This document shows positions 62,132 to 64,000 of a stretch of 64,000 bases of DNA, piece by piece. The notes beneath the pieces are model-generated. The model did not search any database. It was not told where the DNA came from and was given only the letters and a program-made list of their open reading frames with translations. Position 1 is the first letter of the stretch; each line of letters starts with the position of its first letter. The position numbers were made by a program, and so were the translations under genes. The DNA comes from Andalucia godoyi And28 (lineage: Eukaryota; Protista; Jakobida): assembly GCA_009859145.1 (NCBI GenBank), contig VRVR01000025.1:7211-71210 (forward strand). The letters are read 5' to 3'.

Positions 62132-64000
62132 TCACTGCTTCTTGGACGACGACGACGTGGCTTGCAAAAAGAATGGGCTCTGGAAGCAAGCCAGCTGCAA
62201 GCGGCATTTGTATGCCGTGTCACGAAGCAGCGCCTCCTTCTTCTCCTTAAACGACGACTTGGAACCAGCCGACGATTTGCGTGGAACTTCGTCATCCGAG
62301 AGCTTCCGAACCAGCTGGAAATTATGGTTAATGAGCGTCTTGAAATCCAAGACGTCTCGTAGAGACAGCCACAGAGATTGTGAGCGGTCAGACTGATAAT
62401 TTGGACCAAGTGCACGCAGCAAAAACTCGACTTCCACCAACAACTGTGCTGCTCCTTGATCACTCATGCAATCAATGGATTGAGCAACATCCCAGAAAAT
62501 TCCAAGGATATTGTCCACAAGATGTGGAAAAACGGATTTTGGATCGAGATTGAGGCGGGCAACCAACGCAAATACAGAAACAAGCTCCAACAGCAGTTCG
62601 TGGACGTAGCTCCGAATTTCCGTTGGATCCTCTCTTCGTCGAGCATAGTCAAATCCATCCAGAATCACTCCCATGCGAATGAATGCGGACAGGCGGTTTG
62701 TCTTTTTCTTCAAGAAGGACTTCAAAATCAACTCGTGCAGCGTTTCCAAAACAGGGACATATTCCGGTGTCGTCTGCGGAAAATCAATCTGCGAGAACAT
62801 GCCGTGAGCTTGCGCCATAAAATGCGGCAGCGTTTCGTCGAGGAGCTGAGAACAGTGAGAAACCACAACGAGCCATCGTTCATCTTCCTCAGAATCCTCC
62901 ATCATTATGCGAATCTTGTCATCATCGGTAGAAGCTGCTGCATCGCCAAAACCCGCATCATCACCGTTGATACCTTCAAGATTGAATGACGAATTCGAGG
63001 CACTCTCACCAATTCGGTCACCCTTGGTCGCTTCCAACTTTGGTGAGGTAGTGGCCTGCGGACCACTGCCGTCCGATCTCGCAGACTTGTCCAGCTGCAC
63101 TTTTGGAGAAACCAATTCTTGTTGCAGAACACGGTCTTCATCATTTTCGCGGACAAGGTCGACAGCCGTTTCCTCTTCCAGCATATCATTTTCTACCGGC
63201 GGAGGCGTGATCGAAGGGGACGGCGACGTCGAGCGACGAAGCGACACGCTCTTCACTTCCTGTGAAGATCCTTTGGTGTCTGCGATGGGAGCTGGCTGCT
63301 TGCCTCTGCGACGTGCAGATACACCGCCAGCTCCACGCAAACTCTTACCTTTCTCTTGCTGATCCGGCAAGAGAATAGGAGATTTTCCATCATTGGAAAA
63401 CCCAAATGACGACCGCGAAGTGCCGCTTCCCGATCGACGGTCTCTGCGTAGACGCGAAATTGTACCCGGCTCCTGCGTTCGGCCGAGGCCGGTCGTTTCC
63501 GGCGACACGGATCTACCGGAATTTTCGACGGTCCGAGGGCCTGGTCGAGAACTTGATCTGCCGTCGTTCTGTGCTGCATCGAGAATCTCTCGTTTCAGCA
63601 CGGAGTCGGAAGGCGGCGGCATGACCCTGTTGTACGGATGGTTGTTGTCTCCCGCAGAGTACCCGAGAACCGAGAGAGAAGGAAAAGCCGCATAATGCAG
63701 AACGTCTGCAAGTAACAGCGGCATCTCATTCAGGAAGATAACAATATGCAGCTGCAAAGCTTCGAGTTCCTCGCGCTTACCAACATGCTCAAGAACCTGC
63801 TGCGATTTGTTCAGCGACTGCATCATCCGCCGTTCAAACAACGACGGCCATTGGCGAAGGTCCGCCGGAGAATACAACATAGCAGAGACAACGTCCTGGG
63901 ACTCAGAAACGTTGGCAGTCAGTTCCGACACCAACCGGGATTTGATTTCTGCACTAACATTGAGACGATCAATCAATCGGACTGCGAACTGGCCACACCA
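62132..64000 (-). CDS. EXOC2: Exocyst subunit Sec5/EXOC2-like protein, C-terminal part (5' end beyond the window)
   Basis: Frame is open to nt 64000. PTEIRSYVHELLLELVSV…GAAQLLVEVEFL…LGPNY…CRLQLACF is a CATCHR C-terminal pattern typical of Sec5; Vps51 is a less likely alternative. Confidence 0.65.
   Translation of the reverse strand, partial: WCGQFAVRLIDRLNVSAEIKSRLVSELTANVSESQDVVSAMLYSPADLRQWPSLFERRMMQSLNKSQQVLEHVGKREELEALQLHIVIFLNEMPLLLADVLHYAAFPSLSVLGYSAGDNNHPYNRVMPPPSDSVLKREILDAAQNDGRSSSRPGPRTVENSGRSVSPETTGLGRTQEPGTISRLRRDRRSGSGTSRSSFGFSNDGKSPILLPDQQEKGKSLRGAGGVSARRRGKQPAPIADTKGSSQEVKSVSLRRSTSPSPSITPPPVENDMLEEETAVDLVRENDEDRVLQQELVSPKVQLDKSARSDGSGPQATTSPKLEATKGDRIGESASNSSFNLEGINGDDAGFGDAAASTDDDKIRIMMEDSEEDERWLVVVSHCSQLLDETLPHFMAQAHGMFSQIDFPQTTPEYVPVLETLHELILKSFLKKKTNRLSAFIRMGVILDGFDYARRREDPTEIRSYVHELLLELVSVFALVARLNLDPKSVFPHLVDNILGIFWDVAQSIDCMSDQGAAQLLVEVEFLLRALGPNYQSDRSQSLWLSLRDVLDFKTLINHNFQLVRKLSDDEVPRKSSAGSKSSFKEKKEALLRDTAYKCRLQLACFQSPFFLQATSSSSKKQ

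Overview
Compact, gene-dense nuclear DNA from a flagellated microbial eukaryote (standard genetic code; about 24 protein genes, apparently all intronless, including a 13.5-kb dynein). It could be a discoban such as a jakobid, but the sequence alone cannot establish this. Recognisable genes: MAP2K-like kinase, SMYD SET protein, Abraxas-like MPN protein, RRP7, axonemal dynein heavy chain (DNAH2/I1-beta type), an MHYT-adenylyl cyclase fusion, NUP205, CDC48/VCP, a PQ-loop transporter, CHID1, a CEP164-like WW protein, a DsbA-like protein, NCKAP1/Nap1, a BtaA/DUF3419-like enzyme, the selenocysteine elongation factor eEFSec and a partial exocyst Sec5. The most notable observations are: (1) a triple-His MHYT sensor fused to an apparently complete adenylyl cyclase; (2) a eukaryote-type tRNA-Val with a GAC (G34) anticodon instead of the usual AAC/IAC; (3) two unannotated dispersed repeat families, one occurring with its modules in permuted order and one with a 127-bp perfectly identical, structured core found downstream of two unrelated genes; (4) a stand-alone BtaA-like aminocarboxypropyl transferase. 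No CRISPR array, rRNA or autonomous transposon was seen. Start codons were trimmed to the first plausible ATG where the ORF track began at a non-ATG codon. All family assignments come from motif recognition by eye, not database searches.
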